Positions 33,955 through 44,297 of a DNA stretch of 64,000 nt are shown here, in pieces (the first letter of the stretch is position 1; every line of letters starts with the position of its first letter). Source of the stretch: an uncultured Clostridia bacterium (GTDB taxonomy: Bacteria > Bacillota > Clostridia > Christensenellales > UBA1242); NCBI GenBank assembly GCA_944372325.1, contig CALVYR010000001.1:35143-99142 (forward strand), in the 5' to 3' direction. The translations under genes and the position numbers were made by a program. The notes under the pieces are model-generated. The model worked only from the letters and a program-made list of their open reading frames with translations. It did not search any database and was not told the origin of the DNA.

Positions 33955-35103
33955 TCAATCTAAAATTCCAACGCAAGAGAGCATGTTTACAAGTAGATTT
34001 TTATTATTAAACATTGGAATAACGCTTATAGCATTAAAACAAATATCAATATCCGGCATTTCTGGTGAGATATTTATAATTTTTTTAATGCAATTTTTAA
34101 TTTTATCCTTATAAATTTCTGCCATATAATAGCATTTATGCTTTATTACATTTATTTTTAAAAATAATTCTTTATTTTCAATAATTTTATCAAAAAAAGC
34201 TAAATTTTTGATTTTCCCCATTAAAATATCAAAATTATTTAATTTTTTTTGTAATTTTTGTAAATCTGGTAATATTTTAGGCTCTATCTTCTTTAAAGAA
34301 AACATTTCTTTATAACAGCATATTAAAAGATCGGAAGCTATTAAATAATTTAAATTTAAATTTTTATTTTGTTCTGATAATTTTTTATATTTTCTTATAA
34401 TTATATTTTCGCTAGCAAAATTATCTGATAGATCTAAAAGATGAGCAAGCGTTATTATTGCGCTTAAATCTAGCTTTAGTTTAGCTATTTCAATCATGAA
34501 GTCCATAACCTCTAACTTACTTTCACGCTCACCTGAAGCAAGTTTGCTTGCACCCTTTTCTAAAGTGACCAAAAGATATTTCAAATCTTCCAAATTTTCA
34601 TTTTTATTAAATAATAAATTGTAAATTTCTTTTTCATATAAAATTTCATTTATACTCAGTCCAAACAAAAAGCCTCGCTTGGCAAGATATAATGGTGCTG
34701 TTTGAATTATCTTTTCATCAACAAAGGCATATTTTGCCTCAGCCTCCTTTATAATTTCCAATGAGTTAAAGTCTTGTATGTAACACTCATCGTTAAAATA
34801 TATAGGGCTAGTAGGCGCGGTGGGAACTACAATTAAATCTATACCTCTTTCTTTTGCAAAAAGCTTTGCCTTATTACAAACTCTTCCTCCACCTACAGCA
34901 ATTACTAAGTCATATTCCCCTCTTTCTTCATTTACTTTAAAAGGGCTTTCTGCAGAATTCAATTCATTTGCAACCAGGCTTAAATATTTATCTTTAACGC
35001 CATTTGAAATCATAACTAAAACAGATTTACAGTAATAGTTTTTTCTTAAAATTTCTGACAGTTTATTTATTGCATCTTGCTTATAATATATCTCCATGTT
35101 CAC
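33955..35103 (-). CDS. Iron-containing alcohol dehydrogenase / glycerol-1-phosphate dehydrogenase-fold protein (possibly degenerate)
   Basis: DLVIAVGGGRVCNKAKLFAKERGIDLIVVPTAPTS matches the GGGS-type nucleotide-binding region of the Fe-ADH/DHQS-like fold. I could not identify the metal-binding histidines. Confidence 0.55.
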   Translation of the reverse strand: MNMEIYYKQDAINKLSEILRKNYYCKSVLVMISNGVKDKYLSLVANELNSAESPFKVNEERGEYDLVIAVGGGRVCNKAKLFAKERGIDLIVVPTAPTSPIYFNDECYIQDFNSLEIIKEAEAKYAFVDEKIIQTAPLYLAKRGFLFGLSINEILYEKEIYNLLFNKNENLEDLKYLLVTLEKGASKLASGERESKLEVMDFMIEIAKLKLDLSAIITLAHLLDLSDNFASENIIIRKYKKLSEQNKNLNLNYLIASDLLICCYKEMFSLKKIEPKILPDLQKLQKKLNNFDILMGKIKNLAFFDKIIENKELFLKINVIKHKCYYMAEIYKDKIKNCIKKIINISPEMPDIDICFNAISVIPMFNNKNLLVNMLSCVGILD

Positions 35104-35231
35104 CTCTTGATAATTTTATCAAAAAGTCTATAAGAAATGTTTAAGAAATCTAAGCGAATAACAGCTTAAAATAGCGAAAAAATTCGAATTATTATATGTA
35201 TAATTTTACTTATTTAATAAATAATAAAATT

Positions 35232-36308
35232 ATGAAGAAAATTGTTATTTTTTTATTAATTTTAATACTTTTTGCTCCATTTTATGGAAATTTTTCTTTT
35301 GCTTTGGCAGAAGATAAATTTTACTACACAGATAACGTTGAACACCTTTTCACTCATTGCCTGCTTGCCTATCCTGAAACAGCTCTTGCGAAGAATAATG
35401 AAATGCGACTTCATTATAACCAAGATTGTATTACCCACAATGAATTTAAAAACATTTTAAAAGAGCTATATAAAAATGATTATGTACTTGTTGACATAAA
35501 CAAATGTTTTAAAATTGAAGACGGAAAAGCTTTAAAAGATAAGGTTAAAGTTCCAGTTGGAAAAAAGCCAATCATCTTCTCTTTTGACGATGTAAATTAT
35601 GACCATAAAAAATTGCATCTTGGCATGATTGATAAATTAATTTTAGATGAAAACGGAGAGATAGCAGAACTTACAAATATAAATGGTAAAGATAAAATTA
35701 CTTATGATAGAGAATTTGTGTGTATTATGGAAGACTTTATTAAAAAGCATCCAGATTTTTCTGTGGATGGAGCGCGAGGCACATTAAATTTAACTGGCTA
35801 CGACGGCATTTTAGGCTATAGAACACAAAAGAAAAATTTAGAAAATAGAGAAGAAGAAATAAATTCTGCAAAAAAAGTTATTGAAAAACTTAAAGCTAAT
35901 GGCTGGACATTTGCTTCACATTCATATGGTCATTACCATATGAAAAAAATTTCAACCAGTGCATTTAAAGAGGAACTTCAAAGCTGGAAGGATGAGGTTG
36001 AAAGCCTTGTAGGAAGCACTAAAGTTTATGTCTACCCATACGGCGAATGGGAAATTATAGATGATAGCGGAGAGATATCTGAAAAACATAAACTACTTGA
36101 GGAATACGGCTTTAAATTGTTTTGCGGAGTAGGAATGCAACAATTTTATAGTTATTTGCCCTTCAATAAAAACATAAAAGAAAAAACACTATTTATGGAT
36201 AGAAAAGTTATAGACGGCTTTACATTAAAAAATCGAACAACTGCCTTAAAGCCATTGTTCGATACAAACGCCGTTTACGATTATGCAAATAGAAGCCTTG
36301 TAAATTAA
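35232..36308 (+). CDS. Secreted polysaccharide deacetylase (NodB-like) family protein
   Basis: A signal peptide begins at ATG 35232 (MKKIVIFLLILILFAPFYG); the ORF track starts at 35196. FSFDDV and HSYGHYH resemble NodB motifs 1 and 2. Confidence 0.6.
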   Translation: MKKIVIFLLILILFAPFYGNFSFALAEDKFYYTDNVEHLFTHCLLAYPETALAKNNEMRLHYNQDCITHNEFKNILKELYKNDYVLVDINKCFKIEDGKALKDKVKVPVGKKPIIFSFDDVNYDHKKLHLGMIDKLILDENGEIAELTNINGKDKITYDREFVCIMEDFIKKHPDFSVDGARGTLNLTGYDGILGYRTQKKNLENREEEINSAKKVIEKLKANGWTFASHSYGHYHMKKISTSAFKEELQSWKDEVESLVGSTKVYVYPYGEWEIIDDSGEISEKHKLLEEYGFKLFCGVGMQQFYSYLPFNKNIKEKTLFMDRKVIDGFTLKNRTTALKPLFDTNAVYDYANRSLVN

Positions 36309-36718
36309 AAGATATTTGTTGGTGGAGTGTTTAAAAGAATTATTAACACAATTAGAAGAATTAAAAATACTCCTGCTACACCAAGTGTTATAAAGAATAA
36401 TATCTTCCAAACTTTAGGATCAATATCCTTAACCTCTTTTTTCTGTTTTTTCTCAAGTTTTTTTTCTAGCTTTTTATTTTCATCAGCCTTTGCTTCACTA
36501 TTTATTTCTTTATTATCTATAGCCTTTTTCTCTTCAGGCTTTATTTCATCAGACTTTTTTTCTTCAGGTTTTGAAGTTTCAGGTTTTGTCTCTTCAACTT
36601 TTTCATCCACTCTATCATCTGAAGTATTATTAGCCTCGTCCACTTTTAAACTGAAAAAGCCCTCAAAAAGATCTTGAGATTGTTTGTCTGTATTTTTTTC
36701 CTTACTATTTTTACTCAT
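36305..36718 (-). CDS. Lys/Glu-rich tail-anchored membrane protein, unknown function
   Basis: 137 aa. A low-complexity KPE-rich region is followed by a single C-terminal TM (ILFFITLGVAGVFLILLIVLIILL). Its 3' end overlaps the convergent deacetylase gene by 4 nt. Confidence 0.5.
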   Translation of the reverse strand: MSKNSKEKNTDKQSQDLFEGFFSLKVDEANNTSDDRVDEKVEETKPETSKPEEKKSDEIKPEEKKAIDNKEINSEAKADENKKLEKKLEKKQKKEVKDIDPKVWKILFFITLGVAGVFLILLIVLIILLNTPPTNIF

Positions 36719-36772
36719 AATGCTATCCTTTGTTAAATTTTAATATATTTAAAAATTTTTGTCTACTATTTT

Positions 36773-37378
36773 TTATACATTACTTAGATAGTTCTCTGGA
36801 AGATTTGTCCAAACCTCACCTACATCATAGGTTCCAGAATTATATAAAAGCGTTTCGAATACAATAATTATTTCATAATATTTTTCTGCATTAAAAAAAT
36901 CTTCATCTGTAGGAAGTGTTATGCTCTGGCTAAAGTTAGTGGTAACACCAGCAGTTAAAATATCATTGTAGTAATAATAATTCCCCTGCTTTAACCAAAC
37001 CTCATCTGCAACTGTAACTTCAACTTCTGTAACATTTCCACCCTCATCGCATGTAAACACTCTGGCTCTTACCACGGCGTCTTGACTATTCAACGGCAAC
37101 GCTATTTTAACTAGCTGTTTTATTTTTGCTCCAGGTATATTAGAACCATCATAGGTTATAGAAGTAGCATAGGCACCTTGAGAATTTAAATTTACAGTTA
37201 TTTGCGTGCCCAATGGAATATTGCCAGGAATTGTTACACGCTGTTTAAAAAAATCTGTAAATAAGAAAATTGAAGCTATTAATAGTAGTACACTTAAAAT
37301 AATAATCACAAAAATAAACCACTTTGTTTGAGTGGTCAATTTGCTTTGTTTTTTTGGAAAAGCCTTTATTTCTTCCAT
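36773..37378 (-). CDS. N-terminally anchored beta-rich protein, unknown function
   Basis: 201 aa. One TM (WFIFVIIILSVLLLIASIFLF) is followed by a predicted extracytoplasmic domain. Confidence 0.55.
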   Translation of the reverse strand: MEEIKAFPKKQSKLTTQTKWFIFVIIILSVLLLIASIFLFTDFFKQRVTIPGNIPLGTQITVNLNSQGAYATSITYDGSNIPGAKIKQLVKIALPLNSQDAVVRARVFTCDEGGNVTEVEVTVADEVWLKQGNYYYYNDILTAGVTTNFSQSITLPTDEDFFNAEKYYEIIIVFETLLYNSGTYDVGEVWTNLPENYLSNV

Positions 37379-37436
37379 GTTTTAATTATTAGCTAAAAAA
37401 ATTAATATTAAACATAAAAGGTTTAAAAGAAAACTT

Positions 37437-38759
37437 TTAAACCTTTAATTTATTTTTACTTCTTTGATAATTTTTTAATTTTTGTTCCCTAAATTCTGCA
37501 CTTTCAGCTTCAAGTTCCCATTTACGCTTGAGCCAACTATATTTTTTGTTACCAATAAAATAGTCATACATAATTATAGCTATGCCTTGAATTATATAGA
37601 TATAGTAACTCATGAAGCGCCATAATATTAATGCCCAGAAAAGTGTTCCTTCCGTAAATAATGAGGCAAACAGTGCAGTAAAGGAAAGTTCACTTACACC
37701 AGATCCACCAGGAATAGGAATAAAGCTTGCCGCCATTTCTATCATGACACCCATAATAAATACCTGTAAAAATAAGTCTGGACGCCAACCTAAGAAGAAA
37801 CAAACTATTCCAAACGGAATTGCATAAGTTAAAATATATTGAAGAATTGATATAAATAACAATAAAACAAACTTACCCTTTGCCTTTGCATATTCCTGCA
37901 TTGTTGTTTGATAATCAGATACAACTTTTAGTACTTTATTATATTGCTTATCATAATTCTTTACTATCTTTATCTTTTTTAGAAATTTAAGCACCCAGCC
38001 TACAAGTTTTTTGCCCACGCTTTTACTAACTGAAAGGAATATTGTAACTAAACAAATTCCTAAATTTAAACCATACCCAATGTAGAAAGCAACGGAAATT
38101 ACATTCACTCCGCCTACAACATCTGTGGTAGTGGCTACGATTAAAACAATAGTACACATTAAAATTGTAGCTATTTGAGCCAAAACATATCTGCCCATCG
38201 GTACAGATATAGCAGATGCCGCGCTTAAGCCCCTATTTTTCAAATATAATATTTGGAATGGTTCTCCTCCTGTGGCGAGAGGTGTAATAACATCGTAATA
38301 TCTGCCAATAGCAGACACCTTATAACTTAAAAACGGGCGCCACTTGCCAGAAGTATGCTTAACTAAAATGCTTGTTCTAGCCGTTTCAGTTAGCATTGTA
38401 AGCCCAAATATTACAAGTGTTAAAAGTAAAAACCAAAAGTTAAAACCACTATTAAACAGTGTGGCTAGTGGCATGACTTCTTGAGTTAAAAGTTGATAAA
38501 CTAAAATTCCTACTACTACGGCAATATTGATTAAAAAGAAAATTAGGTTTGATATTTTCTTTTTCTTACTCTTTTGCTTTGCAACAGTCTGCTCTGCCTC
38601 GTCTAGTTGATTTTGATTATTTTCTTGTTTTTCTATAATCTCTTTAACTTCTTCCTCAGTTAAAGTTTCTACCTGCGTATTTTCTTCATGAGAAAAAGAC
38701 TCCTGCGCACTTTGAGGAGTTCTAACCTTAACATTCTTTTTTCCGTCTCTTTTTCTCAC
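37437..38759 (-). CDS. Flippase-like / lysylphosphatidylglycerol-synthase TM-domain (UPF0104, MprF N-terminal-like) membrane protein
   Basis: Polytopic. Carries the family pattern YKVSAIGRYYDVITPLATGGEPFQILYLK and IPIPGGSGVSE. The GTG start at 38759 is uncertain. Confidence 0.7.
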   Translation of the reverse strand: MRKRDGKKNVKVRTPQSAQESFSHEENTQVETLTEEEVKEIIEKQENNQNQLDEAEQTVAKQKSKKKKISNLIFFLINIAVVVGILVYQLLTQEVMPLATLFNSGFNFWFLLLTLVIFGLTMLTETARTSILVKHTSGKWRPFLSYKVSAIGRYYDVITPLATGGEPFQILYLKNRGLSAASAISVPMGRYVLAQIATILMCTIVLIVATTTDVVGGVNVISVAFYIGYGLNLGICLVTIFLSVSKSVGKKLVGWVLKFLKKIKIVKNYDKQYNKVLKVVSDYQTTMQEYAKAKGKFVLLLFISILQYILTYAIPFGIVCFFLGWRPDLFLQVFIMGVMIEMAASFIPIPGGSGVSELSFTALFASLFTEGTLFWALILWRFMSYYIYIIQGIAIIMYDYFIGNKKYSWLKRKWELEAESAEFREQKLKNYQRSKNKLKV

Positions 38760-38840
38760 TAGACACTATAATAACAAATAAATTAACTCTTGTCAAAGTA
38801 TTTCTTGAAAACAAAAAAAAGATAAGCCAAAAAAATTGGC

Positions 38841-40511
38841 TTATCCTAATAAATCTTGATAATTTGAAATATGAATTGTTAAGTTTTTAATATCCTTTTT
38901 CAAAACATCTAAATTCATTGTTTCAAAAATTGAATAAGTGTCTGTTGCAAGTTCTTCATAAATTTTATCAAAAAGTGTTTTATTATTGAACACATTTAAA
39001 TATGTGTTTTGAATGGTGTTTACAATTTCTGTTAGTTCATCAAAATTTGCTGTATCTAAATTAAAGTTATCTGGGTCTGAAATTGTAAAAGCATTGGTAA
39101 CTGGGCCAGCGTAGAAGATAATGTGAACACCATATTCAGATACACAATATCCAATAGAGCCATACTCTCCGTTTCCATTATCCCAAAGCTCACGAGATGT
39201 TTCTGTAAAAGAATCAACCATTTGGCTATCGTTTTTCCCTATAACATAGCAGTAGTCTGCATTCATGTTACCAGTATCTTCGTTATAGGTATAGATATAG
39301 TCCTTAAAAATTTGTGTTTTTTTGTCGTCTGATACCCCAGTCATTTCAGAAGTTAATTGGTTATAAATATCAGTTGGTGAATAAGATGTTGCTTCTCCTG
39401 TTTGAATGTTTTTAGCTTTAATTTTATCAGCTTCTGCTTCTAAAGCATCGTTATATGCCTTTTCTGTAATTGTTCCGTTATTTAATTTTGCTTCTAGTTC
39501 ATCTATATAAGCTGTAGTTTCATCGTCATATTGAAGTAAGATATGATTTACATAAAAGTAATCGTTATTAATTATATAGTCTACATCTTCCCTACTGCTT
39601 AAAATATCTGTGCTAAACTGTGATGAATTTAAAGTGTATTTGGTATAACTTGAAATCATATCTGAAGTAAGTTTCCTTAAAACTTGGCTTACAGAAATGT
39701 TAGAAATATCGTTATCACCTTGAAGTTGTTCGCTATAGAGTTCTATATATTTGTTTTCTGTTACAACCTCGTATATTCTTTCAACTTCTCTTTTAAACAC
39801 TTCATCATTATTTGTTGAAAGGCCTCTACCTTCCTCTGTTGCTTTTAATGCTTCTATATACTGCCTTTTTGCTTCTGTGAGAACATCTTTGTTTGCTGAT
39901 GAGTTAATTCTGTTATTTACAGTTTCTATTAGAGAATCTATCTCTTTTCCTTCATCATAGTAAAGATCTACATTTTGGCCTACACTTGTGTTTGTATCTA
40001 AAAGTTTAATAACATATTTTCCGTCTTGTAATACAATTTCCGCTTGTTTATCATAAGGGGTATATTCTGTTGTGCTTTCCTCTTCTTCATCTAGAGTGCT
40101 TGGAATATTTAATTTCCATTGTTCTATAACTAGTTCTTCATAGGAAGAAAGATTGGATATAATTGTATCGTAAGCATCATCCCAAATAGCGTTTAGATCG
40201 CCATTTCCAAAGGTTATAGAATTTTTAGCAGCAACAAGCATTACCTCACGATTTGTTAAAACTTCTATAGTTGCATCTATAGCATCTTGCATTGAATAGC
40301 CGTAGCTATTTACAAGTTGAGCGCCGTAAGAACTGAATGCCGTAATTAAATCTTCCTTAGTTATTTTTACATCTTCCCCGTCTGCCGTTTGAAAAGTTAC
40401 AATAGGGGCGTTTAAATAGTTCGCTTGATTTGTTGGGAATAGATTACACCCCGTCAAAACAAAGGAAAAACTTATTAAACATATAAAAGCCAGTGTTAAA
40501 AATTTTTTCAT
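38841..40511 (-). CDS. Lipoprotein, probably a PrsA/SurA-like foldase with a parvulin-like core
   Basis: Lipobox L-T-G-C (FVLTGCNLF). VNHILLQY and GYCVSEYGVHIIFY resemble parvulin PPIase boundary motifs. Its position downstream of pth-mfd matches that of prsA-like genes in many Firmicutes. Confidence 0.55.
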   Translation of the reverse strand: MKKFLTLAFICLISFSFVLTGCNLFPTNQANYLNAPIVTFQTADGEDVKITKEDLITAFSSYGAQLVNSYGYSMQDAIDATIEVLTNREVMLVAAKNSITFGNGDLNAIWDDAYDTIISNLSSYEELVIEQWKLNIPSTLDEEEESTTEYTPYDKQAEIVLQDGKYVIKLLDTNTSVGQNVDLYYDEGKEIDSLIETVNNRINSSANKDVLTEAKRQYIEALKATEEGRGLSTNNDEVFKREVERIYEVVTENKYIELYSEQLQGDNDISNISVSQVLRKLTSDMISSYTKYTLNSSQFSTDILSSREDVDYIINNDYFYVNHILLQYDDETTAYIDELEAKLNNGTITEKAYNDALEAEADKIKAKNIQTGEATSYSPTDIYNQLTSEMTGVSDDKKTQIFKDYIYTYNEDTGNMNADYCYVIGKNDSQMVDSFTETSRELWDNGNGEYGSIGYCVSEYGVHIIFYAGPVTNAFTISDPDNFNLDTANFDELTEIVNTIQNTYLNVFNNKTLFDKIYEELATDTYSIFETMNLDVLKKDIKNLTIHISNYQDLLG

Positions 40512-40585
40512 AATTCTCCTTGTTTAGTTTATACCAAAACATTATAGCCATAAAATAGAAAAAAATCAACAAATTTTATTAGATT

Positions 40586-43500
40586 TTAATTTTTTAGTAA
40601 TGAAATCAGTTTTTTAACCTTATCTTTAGCATTTAAAGGCATGTATAATTCAATTATTGGCACATCTTCAAATTTCAAAACAGCGATATCCTTATTTTTT
40701 TCTATTAAGTTTGCAAGTTTTGGAGATAAGATTTCATCTCTCTTATAGAGATATAGTTTACAATAATTATTGTTTATAAACACCCTCTTAACATCCTCTT
40801 CCTGTGCTAAATTCTTTAAATATGCAATAAGTATAATGTTCTCAACTTCTTCTGGAAGTTCGCCATAGCTTGTAATAAGCTCTTTTTTAGTTTTTTCAAG
40901 CTCTTCAAGGTTAGAAATTTCACTAATTTCACTATATCTTCTAATTCTCTCCGCCTCGCTGGTAATGTAATTTTCTGGAATGTATGCGCTAAGAGAAATA
41001 TCCATTTTAATTTCTTTCTTTTCCTTAACTTTTTCACCTTTAAGCTCTTTAACTGCGTCCTGTAAAAGCTTGCAGTACATATCATAGCCCACTTTTTCCA
41101 TGTGTCCGTGCTGTTCTTTTCCAAGCACATTGCCAGCTCCTCTAATTTCCAAATCTCGCATGGCAATTTTAAAACCACTACCAAGGTCTGTAAACTCCAT
41201 GATAGCTTCCAGTCTTTTATACGCCTGTTCAGTTAAAACCTTACTTCCATTGAAAGTAAAGTAGGCATAAGCAAGCCTATTGCTTCTACCAATTCTGCCA
41301 CGAAGTTGATAAAGTTGAGATAAACCAAGTTTGTCTGAGTCTATAACAATTAGTGTATTAGCTAAAGGCAAATCTACCCCATTTTCAATAAGAGTGGTGG
41401 CAATAAGTATTTGGAAATCACCATTATAAAGCTTTAAAATTGTATCCTCTAGCATCTTTTGAGGAAGTTTTCCATGAGCTACACCAATTTTTACATCTGG
41501 GAGAAGTTCCTTAATTCTGTTTGCAAAATCGTAAATAGTTTCAACACGATTATAAACTATTAAAATTTGACCATCTCTACTGAGTTCTTTTTTACAAGCA
41601 TCCACAATTAACTCTTCACTTTCCTCCACAACAAAAGTTTGAATTGGGAGCCTTTCCTTAGGTGGAGTTTCTATAATGCTAATATCCCTAATACCTGAAA
41701 GCGACATATGAAGCGTTCTAGGAATAGGCGTCGCGCTTAAAGTTAAAACATCTATATCCTTTTTAAGAGCTTTAATTTTTTCCTTATCTCCAACGCCGAA
41801 CCTCTGCTCCTCATCAAGAACTAGTAGGCCTAAATCTTTAAATACAACATCGTTTGCTAGAAGTTTATGTGTGCCTATAACAAGGTCTAAGTCCCCTGAA
41901 GCGATGCTCTTTTTAATCTCTTTAACTTGAGTTTCTGGCACTAACCTATTTAATTTGTTTAGCCTAACCATAAAGCCTTCAAAACGCTTTTTCGCCGTGG
42001 CATAATGTTGCTCAGCAAGTATAGTTGTAGGACATAAAAATGCAACCTGCTTACCATTTAAAATTGCCTTATATATTGCCCTTAGCGCAACTTCAGTTTT
42101 ACCATAACCAACATCGCCACAAATCAGCCTATCCATAACCTTGCCTTTTTCCAGATCGGATAAAACATCGGATATAGCGCTAAGTTGATCTTCTGTTTCC
42201 TCAAATTCAAAGGCCTGTTCAAACATATCATATAAATATCCGCCCTCAGTGTACTTAAAGCCCTTTTGTTTTTCTCTTTCTGAATATAGCTCTAAAAGAT
42301 TGATTGCAAGTTCTTTTACATTTTTATAAACCTTTTCCTTTATTCTTTCAAACTCAGCCCCGCCAAGTTTATTTAATTTTGGCGCTGTATCTGAGCCTAA
42401 GAAAGCGGATATACTTCCCGCCTGTTCGCTTGGAAGATAAAACTTATCACCGCCGGCATATTCAATTACAAAGTAATCTTTTTCCACATCGGCAAGTTTC
42501 ATTCTTGTAAGAGCTATACATTTTCCAACACCGTGAAGCTCATGAACTACATAATCGCCAACTTTTGGAGTATAAAATACCTTTTGCTTCTTATTAGATT
42601 TTACAACATTCTTCTTATAAAGGTCATCTGTTCCTATTAAAACGCTGTCTAAGCTAAGTAGCCAAGCGGACTGTGGAAGATAATCTGAAAAAACTCGAAC
42701 ACCAGCATCTAAATGATCGTCATCTACTGTGGTTATTGAATTTTCAAGCAAAAACTTTTGCATTTTATTTTTGTTATTTTCATTGCCACAAAATAAACTA
42801 ATCTTATAGCCACCTCTTAAAAAGATGGATATATCTTTAACAAGTTCGCGATAGTCAAATAGATATTTTTTTGCACTAGCTGTTTTAAAACTTAAAACCT
42901 CATCTGGTTTAAAAAAATTTGTTTGAGCTAAAAGATTATTAAAAGAAATAAGCGAGTTATTTTTGCTTTTAAAAATATCATCAATGCTTAAAAATAGTTT
43001 TTTATCTTCACCCAAACTTGAATTAAAATTTTCAGCTTCTTGCACTAGTTTTTTAGGTTCATCATAGAAGATATTTGCTTTAAAACTTAATATATTTTCC
43101 TTAGTTAAATTTTTAAGCACGGCTGGATATATTTCTATATCATCTACCTCTTCAAGTAAAGAAAAATCTTCTGAACTTACAATTTGCAATTTTTCTAGGT
43201 CATCGCCAAAATACATAGCTCGAATTAGATTTGTTCCAGAAATTTCCCAGATATCAATTATATCTCCTCTTACAGAGAATTGCCCTTTTCTAGCAGGCTG
43301 TTCTACCCTAGTATAACCATTTTCAATTAGCCTAGATATTAAACTATTGAATGTTATGTTTTTATCTAGCTTTATGATAGATTTTAAAATATCCTCTTCC
43401 TTAGGAACGCGCTCAAAGAGCACTTCAGGAAGAACTATTAAGCCTTGAAGTTTGCCAGTTAAAAAGTCGCATAGCGAGGCTATAAATTCATAGAAAGTAG

Positions 43501-43756
43501 AATTATCTTTAATGCCAAATAAATTTGTAAAAGATGAGGTTAAAATTTTGTTTTTAGCCCCAAGCGCATTTGCTTGAGCTGAAATTGTTTCCGCCGTCAC
43601 AAGATCGCCAGCCATTAAAATTCCATGTTTAGAAAATGAAAAAAATATGCCTTCTGTAGGTGCATTTAAACCAAAAAGGCATTGCTTTTTACCATCTTTT
43701 AAGGCTTGCTTAAAGCTTGTAAGCTCACCAGATTTAAGTAAAATTTCTAAGTTCAC
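40586..43756 (-). CDS. mfd: Transcription-repair coupling factor Mfd
   Basis: 1056 aa. The GTG start overlaps the pth stop. Helicase motifs GDVGYGKTEVA, DEEQRFGV and LSATPIPRTL are present. Confidence 0.95.
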   Translation of the reverse strand: MNLEILLKSGELTSFKQALKDGKKQCLFGLNAPTEGIFFSFSKHGILMAGDLVTAETISAQANALGAKNKILTSSFTNLFGIKDNSTFYEFIASLCDFLTGKLQGLIVLPEVLFERVPKEEDILKSIIKLDKNITFNSLISRLIENGYTRVEQPARKGQFSVRGDIIDIWEISGTNLIRAMYFGDDLEKLQIVSSEDFSLLEEVDDIEIYPAVLKNLTKENILSFKANIFYDEPKKLVQEAENFNSSLGEDKKLFLSIDDIFKSKNNSLISFNNLLAQTNFFKPDEVLSFKTASAKKYLFDYRELVKDISIFLRGGYKISLFCGNENNKNKMQKFLLENSITTVDDDHLDAGVRVFSDYLPQSAWLLSLDSVLIGTDDLYKKNVVKSNKKQKVFYTPKVGDYVVHELHGVGKCIALTRMKLADVEKDYFVIEYAGGDKFYLPSEQAGSISAFLGSDTAPKLNKLGGAEFERIKEKVYKNVKELAINLLELYSEREKQKGFKYTEGGYLYDMFEQAFEFEETEDQLSAISDVLSDLEKGKVMDRLICGDVGYGKTEVALRAIYKAILNGKQVAFLCPTTILAEQHYATAKKRFEGFMVRLNKLNRLVPETQVKEIKKSIASGDLDLVIGTHKLLANDVVFKDLGLLVLDEEQRFGVGDKEKIKALKKDIDVLTLSATPIPRTLHMSLSGIRDISIIETPPKERLPIQTFVVEESEELIVDACKKELSRDGQILIVYNRVETIYDFANRIKELLPDVKIGVAHGKLPQKMLEDTILKLYNGDFQILIATTLIENGVDLPLANTLIVIDSDKLGLSQLYQLRGRIGRSNRLAYAYFTFNGSKVLTEQAYKRLEAIMEFTDLGSGFKIAMRDLEIRGAGNVLGKEQHGHMEKVGYDMYCKLLQDAVKELKGEKVKEKKEIKMDISLSAYIPENYITSEAERIRRYSEISEISNLEELEKTKKELITSYGELPEEVENIILIAYLKNLAQEEDVKRVFINNNYCKLYLYKRDEILSPKLANLIEKNKDIAVLKFEDVPIIELYMPLNAKDKVKKLISLLKN

Positions 43757-44286
43757 TTTTTTAACCCTTTAATATGATTTAATATATAGTCCGCTGAAAG
43801 GTCTATAACTTCATCTATTATTTCTCTAGACTGTTCGTCCATGTTTGAAAGTACATAGTCAGCAAGGTCAAAAGGCTTTTCTTCTGGTTTTATACCTATT
43901 CTAACACGCTTAAAGTCTGTGCCGATGTTTTGAACAATACTTCGCATTCCGTTATGTGTGCCTGCACTTCCCGCCTCACGATAGCGAAAGGTGCCCTTAG
44001 GTAAATCTATATCATCAACGACAACTAGAATTTGGTTATTTTTTAATTTGAATTTATTTTTAAATGACTGCACGCTTGCGCCAGATAAATTCATGTAGGT
44101 TTTAGGTTTAGCTATTATAATCTTCTCGCCATCTAAATTTCCTTCTGCCACGCTTGCTTTTGAATAAGTTTTAGAAAACTTTACACCAAGTTTATTTGCA
44201 ATTTTATCCGCAGTTAAAAAACCTATGTTATGATAGGTATTAAAATATTTTTTATCTGGATTTCCAAGCCCTACAATTAAAAACAT
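43753..44286 (-). CDS. pth: Peptidyl-tRNA hydrolase
   Basis: 177 aa with GLGNPDKKYFNTYHNIGF and the GTHNGMRS motif. Ends in TGA. Confidence 0.95.
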   Translation of the reverse strand: MFLIVGLGNPDKKYFNTYHNIGFLTADKIANKLGVKFSKTYSKASVAEGNLDGEKIIIAKPKTYMNLSGASVQSFKNKFKLKNNQILVVVDDIDLPKGTFRYREAGSAGTHNGMRSIVQNIGTDFKRVRIGIKPEEKPFDLADYVLSNMDEQSREIIDEVIDLSADYILNHIKGLKK

Positions 44287-44297
44287 AACTTTTCCTT

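Noticed and set aside
40816-41184. 122-aa alternative-frame ORF inside mfd, plus similar embedded ORFs inside glyA, alaS, leuS and gpmI
   Set aside because: All are embedded in highly conserved housekeeping genes. Their translations show no recognisable motifs or an RBS.
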